A stretch of 45,834 nucleotides of DNA from a virus: positions 1-45,834 of the IMG/VR virus record IMGVR_UViG_3300045988_134072. One strand, given 5' to 3'. Under the pieces are notes generated by a model, which was given only the letters and a program-made list of their open reading frames with translations, had not been told where the DNA came from and ran no database searches. Every line of letters begins with the position of its first letter. Within the stretch, counting starts at the first letter, position 1. A program made the position numbers and the translations under genes. Shown here one piece after another: positions 22,953 to 32,500 of the stretch.

Positions 22953-23196
22953 AACAGCAACACTCCCCCCTGCGATGCGCCGACAAACTCGACCGAGCTA
23001 CCTCAAAACCAGCCGCACGCAACGTCCGACGCAAACCAGCCGACGACTCGCTAGGATCATCCAACGCCCCAGAAAGCCACTCAGCATCCTCCGAATCCAG
23101 AGAACGGATAAACGCCCCCACCTTGCACGAACGCCGCTCCACACGCCCCACAGGCCCCCCTGCAGCCCCGTGTAGCTCACTCAACCTTGCCGCCAC
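22939..23196 (-). CDS. small hypothetical protein (possible DNA-binding)
   Basis: 85-aa ORF that overlaps the start of the next gene. Confidence 0.45.
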   Translation of the reverse strand: MAARLSELHGAAGGPVGRVERRSCKVGAFIRSLDSEDAEWLSGALDDPSESSAGLRRTLRAAGFEVARSSLSAHRRGECCCYGIS

Positions 23197-23284
23197 AACA
23201 CATCACACTCCAAAAAACAAACAACACACACAACAAGGGGGCGCAGCCGGCCAACCCAGCCACGCCCCCCAGGAGAACCAGCCC

Positions 23285-23617
23285 CTAGAACTCGTCCTCC
23301 AACGCGTGCGGAACCTCAGGCACAGGAGGCACATCCACCCCATCAGGAAGCAACTCCATCAAAGCGTGACCCCAACGCCACACCTTATGCGCCCAATCCA
23401 ACGTCGCCCGCAACCGGCGACCCAACGCGTCACGCTCCACCTCAAGCGACGCGACACGCTGCGACAGACCATCAACCTCATGCTCAAGCCTGTCCACGAG
23501 AACCTTCAAGGCATCAAGGTTATGATCCGCACGCTTAGTCACCAACGTGACCAAAACACCGCCAAGACCACCCAACGCCGCCCACAACGCAGGCTGCGCA
23601 AGAAACTCGATCACCAT
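23285..23617 (-). CDS. membrane-anchored coiled-coil protein (lysis-module accessory)
   Basis: N-terminal helix ALWAALGGLGGVLVTLV followed by heptad-like LEHEVDGLSQRVASLEVERDAL. Confidence 0.5.
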   Translation of the reverse strand: MVIEFLAQPALWAALGGLGGVLVTLVTKRADHNLDALKVLVDRLEHEVDGLSQRVASLEVERDALGRRLRATLDWAHKVWRWGHALMELLPDGVDVPPVPEVPHALEDEF

Positions 23618-23892
23618 CAGCCCTCCCCAGCATCAACCTCCGGGCCATGAGCCGCCAACCACGGGACCCACACGCGCAAAAACGCCTCAACCTCAGGCAT
23701 CGCCATCACCCTAGTGACCGTCGCACACACGCCCAGCACCACAGCAGCCCAACCCGACGCCTCAGCCGCCGACACGCCAGCCTGCGCAAACACCAACGGC
23801 AACAACGCCGCCAACGCAACCGCAACCTGAAACACCGTACGCGCCACCGTACGCCACGGAAACACCGTCTGCGATGACAAACCATTCATCAC
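23617..23892 (-). CDS. holin-like membrane protein
   Basis: Two hydrophobic helices (VFQVAVALAALLPLVFA and WAAVVLGVCATV). Lies immediately downstream of the endolysin. Confidence 0.6.
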   Translation of the reverse strand: MMNGLSSQTVFPWRTVARTVFQVAVALAALLPLVFAQAGVSAAEASGWAAVVLGVCATVTRVMAMPEVEAFLRVWVPWLAAHGPEVDAGEG

Positions 23893-24914
23893 GCTACCTC
23901 CTTCACAACCTGCAAAACACCCTGCGCGTCCTGCTCCAATACCACGCGCCCAACAACCAGGTGTCCCTGATCATCAAACACGCTACAAGCACCATCAAGG
24001 CGAGTGCGAACAACGCCCGTACACATCGCCCCTTGATCGTCCATAAAGTAATGGTGGCCGCCCTCCGACAGCCACCCAGTACGCATCACGCCGTTAGGCT
24101 CAAGGTAATACCACTTGTCCTTCACCAGGGTCCAGCCGGTGCACATCTTGCCGTCATCGCCAAGATAGAACCAGCTCTCACCATCCTTGACCCAGCCAGT
24201 CTCCATCACACCAAAACGAGTGTCATGCGTGGGATGCAGGTAATACCAGGTGCCGTTCTCGATCACCCAGCCAGACTTGAGCCAGCCCTTCTCATCCGCC
24301 AGGAACCAGTCGCCATTCACCTGGAACCAGCCCGTCTCCCAGCCGCCGTCCGACTTGCGGTACCACCAGCCGTTACCTTCCTTCACCCAGCCAGGGCCCT
24401 CGCTCTCACCCAAGTGGTCATACCAATATTGGGCGCGAGAAATATACTGGTCCGCCAGCTCATCACGCAACGCCGCAGGACAAGCCGTACTAAAGAAATC
24501 CGAATGAGGGAACACGTTCACACGCCATTCAGGAATACCCAGCCCGTACGACGCGCAAATAGCCGCCGTCAAATGCGCGCCAGCCTCAACCGTCTCATCC
24601 GAAATAGCCCAACCAGTAGACGGGCCACCAATATTCGCGTGCTCAATGCCAATTGAGCGACAATTAGTCGCCCAATCCCCCGCATGATAAGCCGTATCCC
24701 AATCATGCACATACTGACACACAGACCCGTCAGCATCCACATTGTAATGCGCTGACGTCCCATTTGACACAAACGCGCCATTCACCGCAGAATGACTCAA
24801 CCTCACGCCCGCATTATGATGCAACACCACACGATCCAACGCGTAGCCGCCACGCCCAGACGTGCAATTATCCGACCAAATATCGTAGTCCGCACTCAAG
24901 TTAACGTAATCCAT
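23889..24914 (-). CDS. endolysin: N-acetylmuramoyl-L-alanine amidase (Amidase_2/PGRP type) plus cell-wall-binding repeats
   Basis: LHHNAGV...AHYNVD...AYHAGDWATNCRSIGIEHAN, then repeated GW-x-x-x-x-x-WYY units (GWVKDGESWFYL, GWTLVKDKWYYL, GWLSEGGHHYFM). Confidence 0.9.
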   Translation of the reverse strand: MDYVNLSADYDIWSDNCTSGRGGYALDRVVLHHNAGVRLSHSAVNGAFVSNGTSAHYNVDADGSVCQYVHDWDTAYHAGDWATNCRSIGIEHANIGGPSTGWAISDETVEAGAHLTAAICASYGLGIPEWRVNVFPHSDFFSTACPAALRDELADQYISRAQYWYDHLGESEGPGWVKEGNGWWYRKSDGGWETGWFQVNGDWFLADEKGWLKSGWVIENGTWYYLHPTHDTRFGVMETGWVKDGESWFYLGDDGKMCTGWTLVKDKWYYLEPNGVMRTGWLSEGGHHYFMDDQGAMCTGVVRTRLDGACSVFDDQGHLVVGRVVLEQDAQGVLQVVKEVA

Positions 24915-24934
24915 AACAATCCCTTCACACTCAA

Positions 24935-25429
24935 TCAGTCAATCGCCTGCCACAACGCCGGGGCCTTATCCGGCGCAAGCTCCACCGTCGAATCATGCTC
25001 ACTCAAACAACGCCACACGCGCCCCACATGCTGACACTGATCCCCCTCAGACACATGCATGCCAGCCGCCCACGGCTTATGCTCGCCAACAATAACCTTG
25101 CCGTCAGAATCACACTTCATCCAGCCGCGCCAAAAATCCTTCGGCCCCTGCGTAAACGGCGACAACCACTGGACACCCACATTCTTCCACATCACACCAT
25201 CAACAAGAATGCGCTCACCAGGACCAATCGTCGCCGCAGCATCCAACTTACCCACATCCTTAGCGGGTTCATCCTGCACCGCCGCAGCATAATCCTGCGC
25301 CGCCTTCACAGCCGCCTCCTGTGCCAACCTCAACGCATCACGACGAGCAAACTCGCCCAACACTCGCTGATACAACGCATCAAGCTCAACCGCAGACAAC
25401 ACAGTCAACTCAACATCCGACGCCCTCAC
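24935..25429 (-). CDS. tail-associated protein with carbohydrate-binding (CBM5/12-like) C-terminus
   Basis: WAAGMHVSEGDQCQHVGRVWRCLSEHDSTVELAPDKAPALWQAI fits the W..G..Y..GD.V...G..W.C...H.S......LW pattern. Confidence 0.55.
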   Translation of the reverse strand: MRASDVELTVLSAVELDALYQRVLGEFARRDALRLAQEAAVKAAQDYAAAVQDEPAKDVGKLDAAATIGPGERILVDGVMWKNVGVQWLSPFTQGPKDFWRGWMKCDSDGKVIVGEHKPWAAGMHVSEGDQCQHVGRVWRCLSEHDSTVELAPDKAPALWQAID

Positions 25430-25446
25430 AAAACCCCCTCACCACA

Positions 25447-26130
25447 TCACATCGACAACGGGAACGCCACCGTCATAAAACGGTTATACGACCCGTCATG
25501 AGTAAACCGCGCAGACCCGCCATTAGACCCGCGCCCATAAATACCCCACTCAATCTGCGGAGCCTCATTCGCTTCAATCGTCCCAAAATTAACCAGCACA
25601 TTCGACTGATTATCCGAACTATCAGGATTAAAAGACGACCTCACCGTACCCGACGATTTAATCCACAAATACATATCAACCTCGCCCGTAACAGCAGCCC
25701 AGCCAGTCACAAACGACAACACCGCGCGCTTATACGGACGCACCGGAAGATTCGCACCGTAATACTTGTAATACTGTCCGCCGCCAACCGGATACGACAC
25801 AGCAGACGCGTTGTACACCTGATAGTCCATCTCAGCCTCATTCATGGCCTTCAACAACCACGAACCATCCCCAGCCTTACTACCATCAACCTTATACAAC
25901 TGCGAACCAATATCCATGTAAGCCGGATTAGAAACAGTCGGCGCAGCCCCATGCTTCACCATGTCATCCACAGCACCCTTAGCCGCCGCAACCGACGTCG
26001 CCACCTGAATCAGGCCCGCGCTGTCAAAAGCTGTCCGCAGACCAGGCAACAACGGCTCATCAATACGCGGCAACTTAACGCCCTTAACACTATTCTCAGG
26101 CACAACAAACCCCCTCACCGCCACCGTCAC
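25447..26130 (-). CDS. minor tail / fibre protein
   Basis: Position in the tail-tip block. GTGA start coupling. Confidence 0.55.
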   Translation of the reverse strand: MTVAVRGFVVPENSVKGVKLPRIDEPLLPGLRTAFDSAGLIQVATSVAAAKGAVDDMVKHGAAPTVSNPAYMDIGSQLYKVDGSKAGDGSWLLKAMNEAEMDYQVYNASAVSYPVGGGQYYKYYGANLPVRPYKRAVLSFVTGWAAVTGEVDMYLWIKSSGTVRSSFNPDSSDNQSNVLVNFGTIEANEAPQIEWGIYGRGSNGGSARFTHDGSYNRFMTVAFPLSM

Positions 26131-27605
26131 AGCGGCGTAATAAACTCCAACTCCAAACGATAATCGTTCAACTCGGCCGCAGCCGTCGAATTAACACCAA
26201 GCGCAATACGCTCACCATTCTGGAAATCAACCAGGCCAGAAAAAGATGGCGTAGCATAACGCGTATCCGGCGCAGTCGCATACGAATACAAATCACCCCA
26301 CGCGGCATCAATAGCATTACCACGCAACAACGCCACCTCAACCACCGTATCCCACGCGTGAACAGCCGCACACGCCCAGCCAGTCACCCTATACCGGCCC
26401 GCGCGAGGAACAATCAAACTATTCCCGCCAACAACACGCACCTGCTTACCGCGCGCAGACGTGTCAGCCCTCAACGCAACTTTCTCCAACGTCCGCTTGA
26501 GCGCAATATTCACCTGCCCGGACGCATACCTGTAATACGGGGCCGCCCCCATATCCAACCACGACATAAACGTCGGCCTCTCACCTGGAAGCCCTGCAAA
26601 CACATTCATGCCGTTAACGCCCATCACAACCTTGTCGCGCCACTCATCACCCTTAGCCTTCGAGCTAAAAACAATCAGTGGGTCAGCAGTATTAGATGAG
26701 GGTTCCAACGACAGGCGATGCTCCCCAACAGCGTTTGACGTGTTTACCGTGAGACGCCCGCCCTCAATACTCTTACCAACCAGCTTATCCGCAATTAGGT
26801 CACCCGTAATCACAGCCTTCTCAGCCCGCAATTTCGACACCACAGACTCATCAAACTTCGCAACCTTCGCAGACAATTCCTTCGACGCAACAACCTTATC
26901 CGCCGTCACCGACCCGCCCGCAATCAGGTTGCCAGTGATCGTCCCGTCCCCCGCAACCTGCAACACGCGAGTCCACAAATCCGACTCCACATGAACACTC
27001 GATGACGACAACGCGAACTGCACCCAATCCCGGCCATCCCACCGGAACCTATACTCGACCAGCCCGTCCGCCCCCCGCTGCTCATACACAGCATTCAACG
27101 GCGGCTCAACGCCAATATCGCGGAAGTACGACTTCGGGTCCTTCTCCGACGACGAGAACATCAACCGGGCGCGATGTACGTCCGCCTGCGACGTCTGTAA
27201 CGTCGAACGCAACGACTGCAAATCCTGCGCCGTCTGCCCGCGAGCTTCCTCCAACTCGCGCATCGCACGCGTAGCCTGATCGTGCGCAACCTGCGCCGTA
27301 TTAGCCACCTCACGCACCCTGCGCCCCTCAGCACCCGCATACACCAAGCCACCCTCAGTCACAGCGGGGCCAGCATCCAACAAGCCAGTCGGCGCGCCCG
27401 ACGCGTCAACCTGCACACGCACCTCGGAACCATGCGCAAACACGCCGCCACCAGACGGCACATTCACCACATTCCCCTCGCCGCCCACAGCAACCCTGAC
27501 CGTCCCATTCTCGCCAGCACCCACAACAGTGCCAGGCATCGAACCAGACTCCACACCCCCACGAGCCGGAGCATCCAACCAAAACGACTTCTTCACACCA
27601 CTCAC
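26127..27605 (-). CDS. minor tail protein (receptor-binding candidate)
   Basis: 492 aa, tail-tip position, with a coiled segment. GTGA coupling. Confidence 0.6.
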   Translation of the reverse strand: MSGVKKSFWLDAPARGGVESGSMPGTVVGAGENGTVRVAVGGEGNVVNVPSGGGVFAHGSEVRVQVDASGAPTGLLDAGPAVTEGGLVYAGAEGRRVREVANTAQVAHDQATRAMRELEEARGQTAQDLQSLRSTLQTSQADVHRARLMFSSSEKDPKSYFRDIGVEPPLNAVYEQRGADGLVEYRFRWDGRDWVQFALSSSSVHVESDLWTRVLQVAGDGTITGNLIAGGSVTADKVVASKELSAKVAKFDESVVSKLRAEKAVITGDLIADKLVGKSIEGGRLTVNTSNAVGEHRLSLEPSSNTADPLIVFSSKAKGDEWRDKVVMGVNGMNVFAGLPGERPTFMSWLDMGAAPYYRYASGQVNIALKRTLEKVALRADTSARGKQVRVVGGNSLIVPRAGRYRVTGWACAAVHAWDTVVEVALLRGNAIDAAWGDLYSYATAPDTRYATPSFSGLVDFQNGERIALGVNSTAAAELNDYRLELEFITPL

Positions 27606-28669
27606 AACACCACCCGATTCTTCACATCAACACGCATCGCAGCAGCGTCCCCGGCAAGACTCATCACCATGCCGGTCACCGGCCCCGTCACCGGCTCCCC
27701 ACTCTCAGGGGTCACCGTCACCACGTCACCCAAGTCCAAACGGTAATCAGGGACGATCTTGAAACTATGCTGGTCAGCGCCGCTAGTCGCTTCACGCATC
27801 GCCCTGTCAGCAGCCGCCACAACCGCGTCCTGAGAGCCGTCCTGAACCTGCAACACCTTATGTACAACCCCATACAGGCTCACCGTGCGAGGCCCCGCAT
27901 TCACCTCAACCGTGTGCGAATAACGTTCACCACCGTGCGACTTGCCGCCACCCGTCTTATCCGCGACAGCCGTCCACCTGTTCGGCACCGCGTGCGACGC
28001 CTTCCTGGCCTCCGACAACAACAAATCCTCGCCCGAATACGAGGCCACCACGCGAACATTGTGAGCGTCCACCAAATGCAACATGTCATCCGCGCCGACA
28101 TAGAATCGCAAGTCAAACATGTCAGCTAGTTTCCCCAGCGCCTCCACGCGGCGGTTGCCCCAGGACAAGCCGCCAGGAAGTGTACGTTCTCCACAGTCAA
28201 GGGAGGGAACCAGGTGCGGGGCGCACAACCGCTCAACCTCCCTGCGCAACGACGACCCGTCCGGCGACGTCGGGAACGGGAAATCATCATCCACGAGACG
28301 CTGCAACAGTGAATACGCGGTCACCTTCACCGCCGTCTCATCGCCCGCATCCCACGTCACCTCATGCAACAGGAAAGACCCCCTGTCCACCGTGAACGAC
28401 TCGCCACCATCCGGCTCCACATGCACCATCAAGCGAACCACCTGGCCGTACGGGGCGAACGGACTCCACTCATTAACCGGCGTCCAATCAGGAGACAACG
28501 TGAACGACAAGCGCTCCTGCGTCGTCTGCCCCGACGACACTTCCAACTGGCCCGACTGGACTTCCACGTCAGCGGCCAACACCGTCGCCCCCCTGCGTGA
28601 CGTCACCGTGCTCCACACGCGACACGGCCTCGTCAACACCTCAACATCAAGACCCTCAGGACTTCTCAC
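27602..28669 (-). CDS. tail-tip (Tal-like) minor tail protein
   Basis: Follows the Dit-position gene. GTG 28669 overlaps the upstream TGA and follows gaagggcgtgggg. The ORF is open to 28720. Confidence 0.6.
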   Translation of the reverse strand: MRSPEGLDVEVLTRPCRVWSTVTSRRGATVLAADVEVQSGQLEVSSGQTTQERLSFTLSPDWTPVNEWSPFAPYGQVVRLMVHVEPDGGESFTVDRGSFLLHEVTWDAGDETAVKVTAYSLLQRLVDDDFPFPTSPDGSSLRREVERLCAPHLVPSLDCGERTLPGGLSWGNRRVEALGKLADMFDLRFYVGADDMLHLVDAHNVRVVASYSGEDLLLSEARKASHAVPNRWTAVADKTGGGKSHGGERYSHTVEVNAGPRTVSLYGVVHKVLQVQDGSQDAVVAAADRAMREATSGADQHSFKIVPDYRLDLGDVVTVTPESGEPVTGPVTGMVMSLAGDAAAMRVDVKNRVVL

Positions 28670-29517
28670 GGTATATACCCCACGCCCTTCATCACGTCCA
28701 GCACGGTCCAGTTCCCCCACTTGCGGCCCTGAGCGATAGCATCACCCCACGTCACGCCGGGGACAACCGCACCATCCAGGCCGCCCTCGCCCGCAGGTCC
28801 AATGAATGGTTTCGCAACCCACTCGACGTCAATCTGACGATCCCCCTCAGGAGACAGTCGGTCATACCTGGCCGACTTAACCAGGACGCACCTCACGCCC
28901 TCCACGCCCTTCGCCGGTTGCCCGAGCGAGATCAACGTCAGCCCCGGCGCTTCCAACACGGCGCGCACATCACGCACACGCTCCGGCGTATCCACCACAA
29001 ACCGAGAAGACCCTGACAACGTGCCCCGCTTAAACCGGACCACGCCGTTCTCGAACTCATTCACTTGATTCTCCCACTGCAGCGGGTCGCCCGTGTCCTC
29101 ATACAAGTCCACGAACACCCCCCGCCCAGACTGGGTTGCAACCATCGCGCCACCATCCGGGCAACCATTCGCCGTCCGCGTCAACCACACCGGACCATAC
29201 GTGTGCCCGTCATCCCCCTCAAGCGTGTAACTGACAGCCTCGCCCACCGGGGCCAGCACGTAAGAAAACACCCACGGGTCAAAAAACGAATCCTTCCACC
29301 GCTGCGTCACCACACACACCCGCTTGCCGTCCGCCTTCAACACGCCACCCACATCAACCACGAACGTCGGCAACCCCGTCACGCGGTGAATGAAACCACT
29401 GAACGCCTGCCTCTGAACCATGCTCAAAACACCTCCACCAAGGCCCCCAGGAAGGCGGCCACGCCCCAACCAGACCACGCCGGTAGGGGAGTAGCCGCCG
29501 ACCCTAACAAGGGCCAC
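28666..29517 (-). CDS. distal tail protein (Dit-position)
   Basis: Immediately downstream of the tape measure. GTG overlaps the TMP stop. Confidence 0.65.
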   Translation of the reverse strand: MALVRVGGYSPTGVVWLGRGRLPGGLGGGVLSMVQRQAFSGFIHRVTGLPTFVVDVGGVLKADGKRVCVVTQRWKDSFFDPWVFSYVLAPVGEAVSYTLEGDDGHTYGPVWLTRTANGCPDGGAMVATQSGRGVFVDLYEDTGDPLQWENQVNEFENGVVRFKRGTLSGSSRFVVDTPERVRDVRAVLEAPGLTLISLGQPAKGVEGVRCVLVKSARYDRLSPEGDRQIDVEWVAKPFIGPAGEGGLDGAVVPGVTWGDAIAQGRKWGNWTVLDVMKGVGYIP

Positions 29518-32500
29518 TACGCGCCCATACGCGCATACTCAATGACACGCCCATCAGCAACGTCACTGACGAACGTTTCCAGCTCCGTCTCGTCAGACAA
29601 CCTCAGGCCGAAACGCGCGCCACGCAACGAATCAGGATCAACCCGCACCGTCAACCGAGAATCAGACGACACATCCAAACGGCCACCATCAAACACGCGC
29701 ATCCGCACGCCAGACCCAGCCTCAATCACACGATCAGCCATCGCCTCAACCTCGCGCGCAGCCAAGCCAGCCGACCCGCGAATACCCTCAGCAAACCCCT
29801 CAGGCACATACCCGCCCAAACGACGGAACACCTTCGACGGGCTGTTAATATCCAACACGCCACGAGCCGCATCAACAGTAGACATCGCCATCGCCTGCGA
29901 CGCCCCCGTAGACAAGCCGGACGACCTGTCAATGCCCTGAGCAAAACCCTCAGGCACCGCGTCACCGATTTCCCGGAACACCTTCGACGGGCTGTTGACG
30001 TCCAACGCGCCACGAGCCGCAGCCACCGCAGCCTGCGCCATAGCCGACGCCGCAGCAACAGCAGAAGCAACCCTCGACCTCACGGCCTGAGCGAACGCAT
30101 CACCCGCCGCAGCACCAAGGCTAGCCAAACGCGGGCCAGCCGACGACGCGCCAGACACCGCCGAGTTAGCCAACGCCGCGCCAGCACCATACGCCGCGCC
30201 ACTACTAGCCCCCACACTTGACGCGTAACCCGCGCCAGCCGCAGACCCATGCCCCGGCAAATCAGCGCCAGCCGCACCCGAACGAGCAGCCCAACCAACC
30301 TGCGCGCCAGCCGCCGCCGCCGCACCAGACTGAGACTGGACACCAGCCACATACTGTCCGCCGTCATCCGAACCGAACCCGAAAAACGCGGGACCATGCG
30401 ACCCCCACTCGGCCATCAACGCGCCAGACGCGTCAACCGACTGCATGCCAGACAAGAAACCCGACATGAACCCAGTACCATGCTGAATACCCAACTGGCT
30501 CGGATCAATGCCGCCACCCCACAACTGGCTACTCAAATCAAACGACGGCGCGCCAGACGCGCCCTGCTGAACCCCCTGCTTAACGCCCTGACCATACGAT
30601 GCCCCATGCTCAAAGCCCTGCTGATTCCACCACCACGACGTCTGCGTTACCTTATTCGGATCAATCGGGGACGGCGGCAAGCCATTCTTGAAACCATTCG
30701 CGTACGCCTGACCAGCCGCCTGACCAGCCGCATTAAACGAGGCCGTCTTACCATTCAACGACAACGCCCAACCATCAGCTGTCTTAGTAATCTGCACGCC
30801 CGCATCCGACAGAGCCTTCACAAGCTCATCAGCCGTCTTAGCGCCAGCCACCGCAGCCTTCACCGACGCGTCAACACCAAGGGAGTCCAGAGCCGCAACG
30901 ACGTCGCCCTTCGTCTGATCAAACGCTCCAACCACGGCATCATGGAACGCCTTCAATGACGCAGACGCATCCCACGCCATGCCCGACAACGCCGGGCCGA
31001 CACGGTTTGTCGCATCAATCAGCTCCTGCAGCTTAGCCTTGCCAGCCTCGGATGTATCCGCCAACGCATCCTTCAACTGCTGCAAATACTGCACACCCTG
31101 AGGCAACTGCGCCAACTGCTCCAACACCTGCGTGTTAAAACCAGCCTGCGCCAAGTCCAGCATGTTCTGTGCAACCTGAGCCTGCGCGTCCACCTGCGCC
31201 TGCAAGTTCGCCAACACCGTCTCCACAGAATCAACGACCTCACCATTAGCGTCCCTGGCCGCCGCACCGACGTCAATCATCGACCGGCCCACACGCTCCA
31301 TCGCAGCATGCAAACCCTCAGCCTTCGCAGCACCAAGCCCCCACTTATCGAACTGACTATCCAAAGCCTGCCCAAACAAGCGAGCATTCTGAGCCAACCG
31401 CTCCTGATCAGCCTGCATCTTCTGCCAAACCGCGTCCGTCTGCTCAGCAACAAAACGATGTAGCGACTGCGCATCCGTCGCATAACCCAACGAGGCAGCA
31501 TACTGCGATACGCCATCCTTCAACCCATCGACCGACTCCAAAGCCGAATCAAGAGTCTTATCCCAAGATTCCGTAGATGCGCCATTATGCAACATCTCAC
31601 TACGCAACTGCGCCAACGCCTGCACCGCGCCAGAGATGTTCCCGGACTTAGCGACGTCGCCGATACGCTCAAACGCATCAGCCAGATTCACCGCCGCGCC
31701 ACTAGACTTATAGTCCAGCGGCGTCGCGTTACCGCCCAAAAATGGCATAGCCGAAATACCCGTGAGACCCTTCGACCCATTAGCGATCCAGTTCTGCCAA
31801 CGAGCATTATCGCGATACTTACGCATCGCCGCATCCAGGTTCCCGCCAACAGTAGCGCCAATACCCGACGACACGCTAGACGTCATCTTCGACACAGCCC
31901 GCGTCACCTTATCCGCCGCGCCATCAACGCCATCAGCAGACTTCGCCAACGCGTCCGCCAAATCACGCCCAAGGGCATCCGACGCCGCATTCCCAGCGGA
32001 CACCAACGCACTCAGCGCCGTCGTGCCAGCCGCGATAGCTACACCCCATGGCCCGGCCATAAACGACGCAACACCTGCAGCCTTCGACGCCAAACCGCGC
32101 ATTGCGCCCGACGCTTTAGCGGCCACACCACTAAAACGGCCAGCCGCGCCACCCGCCGCCGCCGCAGCAGCACCACCATCAGCCGCAGCGAGCCTGACCA
32201 TCGCGTCCTTAGCTGACACCAAGTCCTCACGCAAGCCAGACACGGCACCACGCAACGCGCCAAACAGAGACACCGCAGACGAGATACCACGGAACGCCAT
32301 GAACCCTGTAGCCACAGCCTCAACCGCGCCAGGAATACGAACCAACACCTCAAGCAGCTTCGCCAACGCCTCAGCAACCGGCGTCGCCACCTTACCCCAA
32401 GTCTCAATAGCCCTACCCAACGCCGGGCCGCCATGCTCCACAGCCCTCGACAGTGCCGGGCCAAGCTTCTGCGCCGCATTCGCCAACGCCTCCAACGTTG

